NCBI RefSeq assembly: GCF_963921235.1
Contig: NC_086108.1
Coordinates: 42,658,001-42,722,000 of the forward strand
Direction of reading: 5' to 3'
Source: Mobula hypostoma
Lineage: Eukaryota
DNA length: 64,000 bases
A program made the translations under genes and the position numbers. The notes under the pieces were generated by a model, which was given only the letters and a program-made list of their open reading frames with translations, ran no database searches and was not told the DNA's origin. How positions within the stretch are numbered: the stretch's first letter is position 1; the number at the start of each line of letters is the position of its first letter. Positions 37,101-47,736 of this stretch are shown piece after piece.

Positions 37101-38497
37101 CCACCAACCCCCCATCCCTAGGAACCTGCTTCCCTTCCAGATTGGAGACAATCTAAGATGCCTGATGTTGGTGCAACACAAAACGATGGGCTGCCCAGAC
37201 GGCACAACACAAAACAGACTTGGCTCACAAAATTAACATGTCCTCATCACATGGCTGTCACTGGCTGGCTGGTGAGTAGACCAGATGTCCGTCTGAGGGA
37301 AAATCAGTCTCTGTCATTTTCCTTCAATATCAAAACTTCTGTGGAAATTTGATTAAGTTAAGTAAATTGAATTACTCATTGAAGGAAGTAAATTGCTCTT
37401 GAGGCAAAAAACAGGCATCTAGCATTTACACTGGGAGTAAATTTGGTTCAAATTGACAATACCTCTCCTAGCTTTATCATGTGTCTATAGTGATTGCACT
37501 CCCAGATTACATATGAAATAGTTTAAGGATTTCAATACATGATACAGGAGCATGTGCCTATTGTACTTTCCATTCCAACTTTAGATTTTTGTGGAGTTAA
37601 ATTTCAGATTTGATGTCAATGTCTGCTTGCTTCTATATTGTGGTAAATTTCTAACCTATGACTCTAATGATTTCTAATAGTTAATATTTGAATTATTTTA
37701 AGTAAATTTGGTTATTACTGAGATTTTTTTTGCTATTTCTATTTCAGTTTAGTAAGTTCTTGAATCCTTTGCTCTAAGTTTAGAAAACCAGTTAGCTAAC
37801 TTTCATTGTATGATCTAGTGCATATGGTGTTTGTAAAGTCAATGTGTAAAATGAACTTGTATTTGTATCTTGTGTTAGGTGGCTGCTGTCCATCTGCAGT
37901 TAAACTTTACAGGCTAGGGAGCAATGCTTTACGAGTTTACTGGCATGCCTCGTCCTCTGTGAATTACGTAGTAAATGTCACCAGCGACAATGCAAACTTC
38001 ACCTGCTCCCCCACAACCAGCGTCACGTACTGTGACATAGATGAGATTTACTGCGGGGATCTCTACACTGTTGTCGTTTCTCCAATTTCCACAGATGGAT
38101 CAATAGTCACATTTTGTCCGATGAAAATGTATTCAGGTAATGTTATTATTTGAAATAGAAGGAAACTGAAATCAGTTTGGTCACTCCGTTGTATTTAGGA
38201 TTTTTAGAAATCCTGAACATTGCTAGTTTTAGTGACAATTAAAGCAAGTAAGAGTTTGTTTATGTACTTTGTTCTTTGTTTTCTTTTAGTCTCCTGTTCT
38301 ATGAATTCGGGTGCAATGGGTAAGAACTATTTTCCACAGTTGGCTATATATTGAATCCAGTTTCCATCTGTAAATTAATTAACAAGAGTTTAATCAATGA
38401 TTTGTGTTAATTTATACATTTATGGATTAAATATTATTAATATTCAAATTTTTCAGTAATTTATCGAGGGAAGAGAAACTTGGAAGTGCCGAGGTGA
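16082..38497 (+). CDS. FNDC7: Fibronectin type III domain-containing protein 7, whole gene. 13 coding exons: 16082-16129, 16736-16754, 17052-17309, 24025-24279, 24947-25207, 28391-28666, 29604-29858, 29986-30243, 30625-30879, 36263-36517, 37879-38136, 38290-38319, 38457-38497; 822 aa
   Basis: The exons splice in frame to 2469 nt with consensus splice sites. The peptide matches recalled FNDC7 motifs (AYSKxSNSITV, SECGFTYFISVFxYNKAGQSP, VRGAExYETKA, RSLPSYS, HCLLGCITC, VKLYRLG, VIYRGKRN). Confidence 0.93.
16736..16754 (+). CDS. FNDC7: FNDC7 exon 2 (19-nt micro-exon, MSLASV)
   Basis: T-rich acceptor ending TTCCAG and GTAAGA donor. It converts phase 0 to the phase 1 required by exon 3 and completes the signal peptide. 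Confidence 0.8.
17052..17309 (+). CDS. FNDC7: FNDC7 exon 3 (FN3 domain 1)
   Basis: DFTLSIYTVTSRSISARW...LLPATQYNIKVEA...QT is an FN3 pattern. TTTTTAAG acceptor; non-canonical AG|GCGAGT donor. Confidence 0.85.
18591..21979 (-). mobile_element. Young Penelope-like retroelement (Neptune-like; RT plus GIY-YIG) in FNDC7 intron 3, with inverted pLTR at its 5' end
   Basis: 692-aa ORF with IKPADKGGAVVVW, FYLLPKIHK, MDVQSLYTSI, GVAMGTRMGPSYA, LRYIDD, FLD; frameshifted GIY-YIG (GVIYCVRCSRCGLLYIGET); 18631-19134 is inverted at 21487-21982; 16-bp TSD. Confidence 0.95.
18691..18728 (-). ncRNA. Minimal type-I hammerhead ribozyme motif (core variant CTGGTGA)
   Basis: Minus strand: tagtc-CTGGTGA-a-gggtctcggccc-GAAAC-GTC-gactg. 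One core substitution versus CUGANGA. Confidence 0.6.
24025..24279 (+). CDS. FNDC7: FNDC7 exon 4 (FN3 domain 2)
   Basis: APDIPLNIKAYSKSSNSITVNW...GLQPYTSY...ETRT; AG/GT boundaries, phase 1-1. Confidence 0.93.
24947..25207 (+). CDS. FNDC7: FNDC7 exon 5 (FN3 domain 3)
   Basis: VLDAPVI...LDPGTWYTIKAHA...GDD...QVT; CCAG acceptor and GTAAGA donor. Confidence 0.93.
25560..27340 (+). mobile_element. Old CR1 5' region (ORF1 esterase and start of endonuclease), rearranged
   Basis: Remnants of VVISG..PVP, WLRSWC, LHLN..G.NILAG, YFNARS, GGGVALVIRE; CR1 tail at ~27300. Confidence 0.65.
28391..28666 (+). CDS. FNDC7: FNDC7 exon 6 (FN3 domain 4)
   Basis: RPLAPKAV...WNASEGS...IQCSIQYNVTVVAFNEAGPS; TTTCAG acceptor and GTAAGT donor. 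Confidence 0.93.
29604..29858 (+). CDS. FNDC7: FNDC7 exon 7 (FN3 domain 5)
   Basis: VPCSP...DDGLEVTCNT...SECGFTYFISVFSYNKAGQSP; TGCAG acceptor and GTAAGT donor. Confidence 0.95.
29986..30243 (+). CDS. FNDC7: FNDC7 exon 8 (FN3 domain 6)
   Basis: PCCPTNV...VRGAEMYETKA...ITT; CCTAG acceptor and GTAAAT donor. Confidence 0.95.
30625..30879 (+). CDS. FNDC7: FNDC7 exon 9 (FN3 domain 7)
   Basis: GPCSPRILNI...LPCGSTFSV...GRSLPSYSMPVET; ATAG acceptor and GTAAAC donor. Confidence 0.93.
31050..35170 (+). mobile_element. Near-full-length but decayed RTE-clade LINE in FNDC7 intron 9
   Basis: FGAWNV, GYTF.WKG, GVGFAIK, AYAP, WHLIDYII, NYRGISL.S.AGK, LPESQCGF, LLYGAESW, GHVIQMP..YLPKQIL, and a C-terminal CPHC..C zinc finger; (CAA)n tail ~35158. 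Confidence 0.88.
31234..31692 (-). mobile_element. CR1 3' end nested in the RTE 5' region
   Basis: CR1 tail and ORF2 end; candidate TSD AGCCAT (31228-31233 / 31693-31698). Confidence 0.8.
35580..35815 (+). mobile_element. Old Deu-domain SINE fragment
   Basis: GGAGGTTCTCCCAGTGTC..CCAACA..TTTCCCTCCACCAAC and TGAAAGTGCTGTACAA motifs. Confidence 0.5.
36263..36517 (+). CDS. FNDC7: FNDC7 exon 10 (FN3 domain 8)
   Basis: APCCPNNL...HCLLGCITC...YQGYSS; TTCTAG acceptor and GTAAGT donor. Confidence 0.95.
37879..38136 (+). CDS. FNDC7: FNDC7 exon 11 (FN3 domain 9)
   Basis: GCCPSAVKLYRLG...CGDLYTVVVSP...FCPMKMYS; TTAG acceptor and GTAATG donor. Confidence 0.95.
38290..38319 (+). CDS. FNDC7: FNDC7 exon 12 (30 nt, VSCSMNSGAM)
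   Basis: Long polypyrimidine acceptor and GTAAGA donor; resembles recalled human VTCSGSTLGM. Confidence 0.88.
38457..38497 (+). CDS. FNDC7: FNDC7 exon 13, coding part (VIYRGKRNLEVPR*)
   Basis: TTTTTCAG acceptor; conserved VIYRGKRN; TGA at 38495-38497. Confidence 0.88.
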
Positions 38498-38616
38498 CAA
38501 TTTATTTCTGGTATTTAACATAATTTACAAGACATATGGAATTGCAATACTTTCTAATACATGTTTGTTTTACTAGGACTTGAAATCATCAAAATCAGCT
38601 CATTCCGACAGAAGGC

Positions 38617-38803
38617 AATAAAATGATTCCTCACATTATATTTAGACAACACAATGTGAAAACAGCTTTATGGTTATTTGAGAAATGCCTTGATGTACAT
38701 TCTTCACAAGTTGGAAACTAGACCTTTGATTTGATAACCCTCTGATGTATTTTGTGTGTTCATATTTTTAATCAAGTGAAATTTAAATTATATAATTAAT
38801 AAA
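38617..38803 (+). terminator. Candidate FNDC7 polyadenylation signals (AATAAA at 38617-38622 and 38798-38803)
   Basis: Canonical hexamers 120 and 300 nt past the stop codon. The context is AT-rich, so which one is used is uncertain. Confidence 0.45.
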
Positions 38804-41049
38804 CACTATATCATATAAAAATTAAAATAGTGAATACACTTTGAAATAAGAAGCACTATATAGCATGTTCAAACATTTTAGTTTTTAGAATTAAGATAAC
38901 ATATCTGAAGAAACCACTGAAAATAATGTGAACAATGATCATTGGCAATCATTAACTTGCTTGTTGCACACTTATTAAAAATAAGAGTAATCCTGATGTG
39001 GTTCTCTATTATTTGCAATTATAATTTCTGTCCTTGAAATCTTGCCAAACTGATAAGAAACAAGGGAGGAGATTCCTCAGGCTCAAATAGGAAGCAGGAA
39101 AGAGTCAAGCAAATAAAATACCATACCCATATACTTCCTCTCTTGCTCTTTATGTACATGCAAAATGTGTTTGGATTGTTTATTTTTATTTTAATTGCCA
39201 ATATGTTCTCATACCTTTTTGTGTTCTTATTTCCTTTACTACGCAAGATTTTCTATTGTGATATATTTTGGCATCTCACAGAAGCTTACCATTTCTATCC
39301 TTTCTTAGCCTCAAGGCGCTTGGAAACCAGAGGAGTCAAGATTTGGTTCTCTTTCCCTTTTATGCTGCAAGAACTATTTGCTTTGAACACATATAATCTT
39401 CTTGAATGTTCCACGTTGCTCTGACAGTGACTGATTTACCTACATGTAGTTGTTTTGAATCTTTTCCAAAAGCACTTCCCAGGCTGGTAGCATTTACCTT
39501 TTCTCTAATTCAAAGCTGTTACTTGTATTTTATCCTTGTCCTTTTCCATAATTGTGCTAAACTGATTAGAATAATGACCCTATTCAGAGAAATGCTCTCG
39601 TTTCAGCAGCTCAGGTATATTCCATTAAGCCAAATTCAGAATTCTGAGTTCTCTACACTGACAATATCTTAGTTAATATCGAGTTAATTAAAATTTCCCA
39701 CATTGTGAGAACTTTGTCAGAAATGTAATAGAAAATTTAAAGGCACATCTACCTCAGGACAAATAGAAATCTAATGCATACTTCCATCAGAGAGTCCTTT
39801 TCTTTTATTCAGTTCAACCACGTGGCTTCAATTTATTATCCTTTTTAATGTTCATCTATTCTCACTGTTACGTGTGATTATTTCCATAATCAATATTGCA
39901 ACTTCTTCTATTTCCCGTCCAAAGACATACGGCTGGCGTTCTGGAGTTGTGGACATGCTGTGTTGGCACCAGAAATATGGGCGCATGTGAGGGCTGCTCA
40001 GTGTGATCCCGGCTGATCTGATTTGATGCAAATGACAAATTTCAACATGTTTTAATGTACATGTGACACTAAAAGCTTATATATTTAGTCTATGCAGCCA
40101 TTCCCATCCTTTCTTAAGCCAGGACTCAGTAATAACTGAAATATTATAATTTCATAATGTCAGTTCATGTCTAGTCTCAGCTACCCTATTCATTAAACTT
40201 TGTATGCAGCCTTTGCTCAGTTTCCCAAATACTGGGTAAGCTTTGTCTTCCGTTTTCAGCTCTGATTTTCTCCCTTTTGAATTTATGTTCATTTTCCCTC
40301 CTCCACCAAGCTAATTCAAACTCTCCTGAATAATACCACCAAGTCTGCCAGTAAGGATACTGGTCCTGTCCCCTCTAACCTTTCTGCCACCCATTCATTG
40401 GCACTGAACTCTTATTTCTACACTAACTGGTATGAGGCACCAGTTGTAATATGGAGATTTGTTAATTTGAGGTCTTGTTTTTTTAAAATTTCTTTCATAA
40501 CTCCTTAACATCTGTCTGCAGGACCTCATTCCTTGTTCTACAAATGCTCTGGCTGGTTACCCTTCCTTTCCAATAACACTCAACTGCCTTACATTAATAT
40601 TTTTAACAATTGACCTCAGGGAGGCAACATTGCATCCTGAAATACTGCCTGCTACTGCAAAAGGTTTTTCTCCCCCCCGCCCCCAACTGAACTATAGAAT
40701 TCCCTGTAACTACAGCTCTATTGGCTTTTCCTTTCAATTCCAGCACAGCTGACTATCAGTGATGTAATAAAATTGGCTCTGGCAGCTCCTGTAAAGGGGA
40801 ACCCTCCTTGACATCAGTATTAGAACCAAATGCTAGTCTGCAAGCTAGATATCTACAAGTCCTGATAAAGGGTCTTTAATCCTAACCTGCTGAGTGTTCT
40901 CAGAATTTTCTGTTTCTATTTTAATTTTTTTTAAATTCATGATCTCCTGAACTATCTTCCTGCTTTTTCTTAACTTCTCTGGCATCACCCATGTCCCCTT
41001 CTACCTGCTCTCTCTTGGAAAAAGTTCTCTTTGTGACCACTTTCCTGAA

Positions 41050-44000
41050 GCATTACTGGTCAGAGATACTTTTACAGCTGCAGAAAGGGTGGGTAATGTA
41101 GCAGGATCCTCTTTTGAGTCAGTAGGGGTGGAAGTCAGGAACAGGAAGGGAGCAGTAACTCTATTGGGAGTATTCTATAGGCCCCCTGGTAGCAACAGAG
41201 ATACCGAGCAGCAGATTGGGAGGCAGATTTTGGAAAGGTGCAAAAATAACAGGGTTATTATCATGGTTGACTATAACTTCCCTAATATTGATTGGCACCT
41301 GATTAGTTCCAAGGGTTTAGACGGGGCAGAGTTTGTTAAGCATGTCCAGGACGGATTCCTGTCACAGTATGTTGACAGGCCGATTAGGGTGAAAGCCATA
41401 CTAGATCTAGTATTAGGTTACAAACCGGGTCAGGTCACAGAGCTCTCAATGGGTGAGCATCTGGGGGACAGTGACCACTGCTCCCTGGCCTTTAGCATTA
41501 TCATGGAAAAGGATAGAATCAGAGAGGAAAGGAAAATTTTTAATTGGGGAAGGGCAAATTATGAGACTATAAGGCTAGAACTTGCGGATGTGAATTGGGA
41601 TGATGTTTTTGCAGGGAAATGTACTATGAACATGTGGTCGATGTTTAGGGATCTCTTGCAGGACGTTAGGGATAAATTTGTCCCGGTGAGGAAAATAAAG
41701 AATGGTAGGGTGAAGAAACCATCGGTGTCAAGTGAGGTGGAAAATCTAGTTAGAATGCAGCATACATTAGGTTTAGGAAGCAAGGATCAGATGGGACTAT
41801 TGAGGAATATAGGGTAGTAAGAAAGGAGCTTAAGAAGGGGCTGAGAAGAGCAAGAAGGGGGCATGAGAAGGCCTTGGTGAGTAGGGTAAAGGAAAACCCC
41901 AAGGCATTCTTCAATTATGTGAAGAACAAAAGGATGACAGGAGTGAAGGTAGGACCGATTAGAGATAAAGGTGGGAAGATGTGCCTTGAGGCTGTGGAAG
42001 TGAGCGAGGTCCTCAAATAATACTTCTCTTCAGTATTCACCAATGAGAGGGAACCTGACAATGGTGAGGACAATATGAGTGAGGTTGATGTTCTGGAGCA
42101 TGTTGATATTAAAGGAGAGGAGGTGTTGGAGTTGTTAAAATACATTAGGATGGATAAGTCCCCGGGGCCTGACGGAATATTCCCCAGGCTGCTCCATGAG
42201 GCGAGGGAAGAGATTGCTGAGCCTCTGGCTAGGATCTTTATGTACTCTTTGTCCATGGGAATGGTGCTGGAGGATTGGAGGGAGGCGAATGTTGTCCCCT
42301 TGTTCAAAAAAGGTAGTAGGGATCATCATCATCAGGTGCCATGCCCAGTTTGAGCTTTGACTGCCATGGCCCACACACTCCTGTTTCGGGTCAAGTGGAT
42401 CAATTCACTGGTATTCATTTCCAATTCTCTGGCTGCTGTCTCCATCATCATTTGTCTTTGTCTTTGTCTTCCTCCTGCTTTCTTCCCTTCAATCTTTCCC
42501 ATAATTACCGTGCATTCTAACTCCTCTTTCCTACTCACATGTCCGATGAAGTTAAGTTGCCTTTTCATCATCTCATAAATTATTTCTCTTTGTGTTTGCT
42601 CTGTTCATGACATCCTCATTAGATATTCGTTTCATCCATGATATTCTTTGCATCCTCCTCAAAAACCACATTTCTGCTGCTACAATTCGTTTCCTCATGT
42701 TACTAGATATTGTCCAACATTCTGAGCCATATAACATAATAGTAGGGATAGTCCAGGTAATTATAGACCAGTGAGGCTTATATCTGTGGTGGGAAAGCTG
42801 TTTTAAAAGATTCTTGGAGACAGGATCTATGGGCGTTTACAGAATCATGGTCTGATCAGGGACAGTCAGCATGGCTTTGTGAAGGGCAGATCGTGTCTAA
42901 CAAGCCTGATAGACTTCTTTGAGGAGGTGACCAGGCATATAGATGAGGGTAGTGCAGTGGATGTGATCTACATGGATTTTAGCAAGGCATTTGACAAGGT
43001 TCCACACGGTAGGCTTATTCAGAAAGTCAGAAGGCATGGGATCCAGGGAAGTTTGGCCAGGTGGATTCAGAATTGGCTTGCCTGCAGAAGGCAGGGGGTC
43101 GTGGTGGAGGGAGTACATTCAGATTGGAGGGTTATGACTGGTGGTGTCCCACAAGGATCTGTTCTGGGACCCCTACTTTTCGTGATTTTTACTAACGACC
43201 TGGATGTGGGGGTAGAAGGGTGGGTTGGCAAGTTTGCAGACGACACAAAGGTTGGTGGTGTTGTAGATAGTGTAGAGGATTGCAGAGAGACATTGATAGG
43301 ATGCAGAAGTGGGCTGAGAAGTGGCAGATAGAGTTCAACCTGGAGAAGTGTGAGGTGGTGCACTTTGGAAGGACGAACTCCAAGGCAGAGTACAAAGTAA
43401 ATGGCAGGATACTTGGTAGTGTGGAGGAGCAGAAGGATCTGGGGGTACACGTCCACAGATCCCTGAAAGTTGCCTCACAGGTAGATAGGGTAGTTAAGAA
43501 AACTTATGGTGTGTTAGCTTTCATAAGTCGAGGGATAGAGTTTAAGAGTTGTGAGGTAATGATGCAGCTCTATAAAACTCTGGTTAGGTCACACTTGGAG
43601 TACTGTGTCCAGTTCTGGTCGCCTCACTATAGGAAGGATGTGGAAGCATTGGAAAGGGTACAGAGGAGATTTACCAGGATGCTGCCTGGTTTAGAGAGTA
43701 TGCATTATGATCAGAGATTAAGGGAGCTAGGGCTTTACTCTTTGGAGAGAAGGAGGATGAGAGGAGACGTGATAGAGGTATACAAGATATTAAGGGGAGT
43801 AGATAGCCAGTGCCTCTTCCCCAGGGCACCACTGCTCAATACAAGAGGACATGACTTTAAGGTAAGGGGTGGGAAGTTCCAGGGGGATGTTAGAGGAAGG
43901 TTTTTCACTCAGAGAGTGCTTGGTGCGTGGAATGCACTGCCTGAGTCAGTGGTGGAGGCAGATACACTGGTGAAATTTAAGAGACTACTAGACAGGTACT

Positions 44001-44107
44001 GTATATGGAGGAACTTAAGGTGAGGGATTATATGGGAGGCAGGGTTTGAGGGTCGGCACAACATTGTGGGGCGAAGGGCCTGTACTGTGCTGTACTATTC
44101 TATGTTC
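41050..44107 (+). mobile_element. CR1 LINE ORF2 (endonuclease plus RT), 5'-truncated, several disablements
   Basis: [57 protein letters not shown] tail. Confidence 0.95.
42324..42739 (-). mobile_element. RTE-clade LINE 3' end nested in the CR1
   Basis: KRQLNFIGHVSRKEELEC.VI.GKIEGKK..GRQR; (TGA)n tail; perfect 10-bp TSD TAGTAGGGAT. Confidence 0.88.
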
Positions 44108-44992
44108 ATGGAGGTCTCAGCCTCACAGATGGACTCAGTGGCTCGCGTTCCAAAAGCTTCAGCCTGAGACCCTCCATCTGACAGCATTTCCTCCATCGAT
44201 GGTTGTTCAGGACACGGGAAGCAATCTGGATTTTCCACATGACACGGGATATACATTTCTTGGAGGCAAATTGTCCTGCCGTGCTTCTATTTATGAAATT
44301 ACCTTATCATGCAGCAATAAAGTCCCAAAATAGTACATTCCCCTCACCTCACTGATCTCAAGTTTCATGCTTTGTAAAAGTAGTACACCATATACAATAA
44401 CTGGGCTGTATTGCTTGATTCTTGCTGAACTTTATTGTATTTCTACTCACTCAGACCTGAATCAGTCCTGTTGAGAGTAATTATTAAGTAACTAATTCCA
44501 GTTCGCCAGTTAATTAGCTTTGTCAGTGCTATCAGCAAGCAACCTGTGTACCACTGATTAACATATCAATTAGACATAGTGAGATATAAAGAGCCTTCGC
44601 AATGAGAGAAAATTGGACAAAATTACTGTTTAACGTGATAACAACAAAACAGAGTTTAGATCTAAGACCACTATTAAATGGTGCATGATGCACATTTACA
44701 GATATTTCTCATTTTTATATCCCCATCATATTCAAAGATATTGCAGTAATTTCATTTCTAATGATCATTATAATTACAAAATAAATCACCTTGAAGAATT
44801 TGAAATAGTCACATGAAATTGCGGTCCTGATAAAATTACTTTCTGATTTGGGTCATTTTTTATTACTAATATCACTCTTGATGTTCCTTCATAAGCAAAT
44901 CAAGAACAGAAGAGTAAGGCACAGATTACAACAACTTTCAATTGTACCTCCAGTGTAGGGCATTACACAGAACAGAAAGAGTCATGAAGCAG

Positions 44993-45482
44993 TACACACT
45001 CAATGCCGAATTTATTAGGTACATAAGTGGAATCCAGTGTGGTCTTCTGCTGCTTTAGCCCATCCACCTCAAGGTTCGACACGTGCATTCAGACATGTTC
45101 TTCCGCACACCACTGTTATAATGTGTGCGTTACTGTTGCCTTCCTGTCGGCTTAAACCAGTCTGGCTATACTCGTCTGACCTCTCTCATTACAAGGCATT
45201 TTGACCACAGAATTGCTGCTCACTGGATGTTGTTTTCGTTTCTCGCACCAACTCCAGAGTCTGTTCTGGATGAAAATCACAGGATATCAGCAGTTTCTCT
45301 CAAGGTCACTTAGATCACATTTCGTGCCCCCATTTTGATGTTTAGTCTAAACAACAACTGAACCTCCAGAGATTGTCAGCATGCTTCTTAGCACAGAGTT
45401 GCTACCACGTGATTGGCTGATTGGATATCTGCATTAAAAAGCATGTGTACAGGTGTACCTAACAAAGTGGCCACTGAATGTA
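44993..45482 (-). mobile_element. Second internally deleted Tc1/mariner element, related to the 15.2 kb copy
   Basis: Imperfect TIRs CACTCAATGCCGAATTTATTAGGTACA / TGTACCTAACAAAGTGGCCACTGAATG flanked by TA; ETADIL transposase remnant. Confidence 0.8.
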
Positions 45483-45514
45483 TAATACTCGAGTTCTCTG
45501 AGAACTTACTTGAA

Positions 45515-45780
45515 GATACAGGCCCTTCAGCCCACAATGCTGTGCCAAACATGTACTTACTTTAGAAATTATCTAGAGTTACCCATAGCCCTCTATTTCT
45601 CTGAGCTCCATGTACCTATCCAGGAGTCTTTTAAAAGACCCTGTCGTATCTGCCTCCACCACCGTCACTGGCAGCTCATTCCACACACTCACCACTCTCT
45701 GCATAAAAAAACTTACCCCTGACATCTCCTCTGTACCTACTTCCAAGCACTTTAAAACTGTGCCCTCTCACGTTAGCCAT
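45515..45780 (-). mobile_element. CR1 3'-end fragment
   Basis: CR1 tail GGCCCTTCAGCCCACAAT and reverse QRVV.VWNELP. Confidence 0.7.
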
Positions 45781-46496
45781 AGAGTTTGAGCCTTTTTTAA
45801 AAATCAGATTAAGTCTACCACAGTGAAGGAGTTAATGTGCGTTTCAAAGTGTAGAGTAAAGAGAAGTAAAATTTCTCTGCTGACAAAGGAAAAAAAAAAC
45901 AGAATTATTCATCTCTTTGATGAAGATTTCAGCAGAGGTGAGGGGGAGCTAAGTGGAGAAATGTGTAGATGGATAAGAGACAAGGTTTCAAAAATTACTG
46001 AAGCACTGGTAGGCTGTTAGGTTTAGATATATGTACGTTGGTGTAAGGATGAAACAGTGAGTCATGAGATACACTCTGAGTAAAGAGGATCAATCTTCAC
46101 AAGTGTATGAGGGAGCACCTGATGTTGTGTTCAATATTACCACTTTTGTATGTTATTGGTTGGAGGAGTTAAAGGAAAAAGCATGAAGTGTTATGCAAAC
46201 CCTAAACAAGTAGCGGTCCTCAAATACATTGGTCTTTATCACCTTCACCTACCTGGATACAGTTATGATTAGTAATAGAATAGAGTTTCCAGTGCATATT
46301 TTTTCTGCAAGAGAGCCGCAGAACCCTCAAAGGCAATAACCAGGCTCACCTGGCGGCAAGATATCATTTGTTGGAAATAGTACTATAGAACTACATTCTA
46401 TGTATACCTGCACTTTGGCAAAACTATGCTAGTAAGTCGCTCTGCTATTCTGCTTGCAGAAATGTGCTGAAGGAAAACAACATAAATTTTCCTAAA

Positions 46497-46660
46497 GCCA
46501 GGCAGAATCTATGGAAAAGAGTAACCAGTTGATGTTTCGAGCCAAGACCAAAACGTTGATTGTTTATTCTTTTCCATAGATGCTGCCTGGCCTGCTGAGT
46601 TCCTCCAGCATTCTGTGTGTGTTGCTTCGGATTTCCGGCATCTGCAGATTTTCTCCTGTT
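46497..46660. mobile_element. Fold-back Penelope pLTR fragment
   Basis: 46497-46537 is an imperfect inverted copy of 46551-46591; both match the pLTR sequence beside the hammerhead. Confidence 0.75.
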
Positions 46661-47736
46661 TAAGTCTCCAAATTTTGAGTATGAAGCTTTGCTGACCACT
46701 GCCCCCCACCCCGCCCCCCGCCCCCCACAACAATGCAGCACACTGTGAGATGTGATGGGGATTAACATTTTGGGATTAGTCCAGAAGCAAGGAGTGGGTG
46801 TGGCTTTGACCTCCATGAGTAAAGAGGTCCAGGCTCAAGTTAGCTTTTAAAATCACAGGAGCTCCAAGATCCAAGTGAAGACAAAGAAAGTATTTTGAGT
46901 GATTACTTTTAAATAGGACCCTCTTTGGGCAGATTATTTGGTAATTCGCTAAACCTGTCAGTTTTTTACAGACCATTGAGATTGAAATTTGCTCTTGAGA
47001 AGAACGTTGCAATGCTATGGATATCATCTGTGGGGTGGGGTTGGTCACGCTGGAAAATAAATGCTGGCAGAAATGAAAATACCACCAATGTTCCCTTCAG
47101 AGTGGTATGAATAATTTTCAGGCCACAGAAGTGTCTTCCAAAAAGACTTTAAGAAAGTTAATCAAAGATAAATCTGAACTTCCAGAAAAGCTTTAACAAA
47201 GTTCCAAAAACTATGTAGTACATATAATAAGTGGAAAAACAAATTTAAAGAAAATCTTGGAAATAGGTTAATAAAAACAAATGTTTGAATGGCAGACAAT
47301 AATGAAAGCTGTGAGGATACTGTCAAATGGGGAAAGATATGAGGAATCATCCTAGGAAAGGTTTAGAGCCTCCCCCTGTTTCACAAGTGCATAAGTTTTT
47401 AAATTGTGTAGAAATACAGAAAGCAGACCAAGGCAATTGTAGTGGATTATAAGATTTAGGTAAACTCTTAGGAAACATTAATTTGTGCAATAAATAGTTT
47501 TCACATGGAATATGTTCTGGCCATGATAGTCAGGGACCATTCCTGGAGACACCAATATCGATACAGCAATGGAAATACTGAAGATGCTTCAGGCTGGATG
47601 AGTTAACTAAGTAGGCAGAAAGGTTTTCAACCGTGTGCATTTTATTATCTTGTGATCATAAAGAAGCAACAATTGTCCTTGAACCCATTCAGATCCAAAC
47701 AGGGTCAAATTCTGTGAACAGGGAGCTTTAAGTAAT

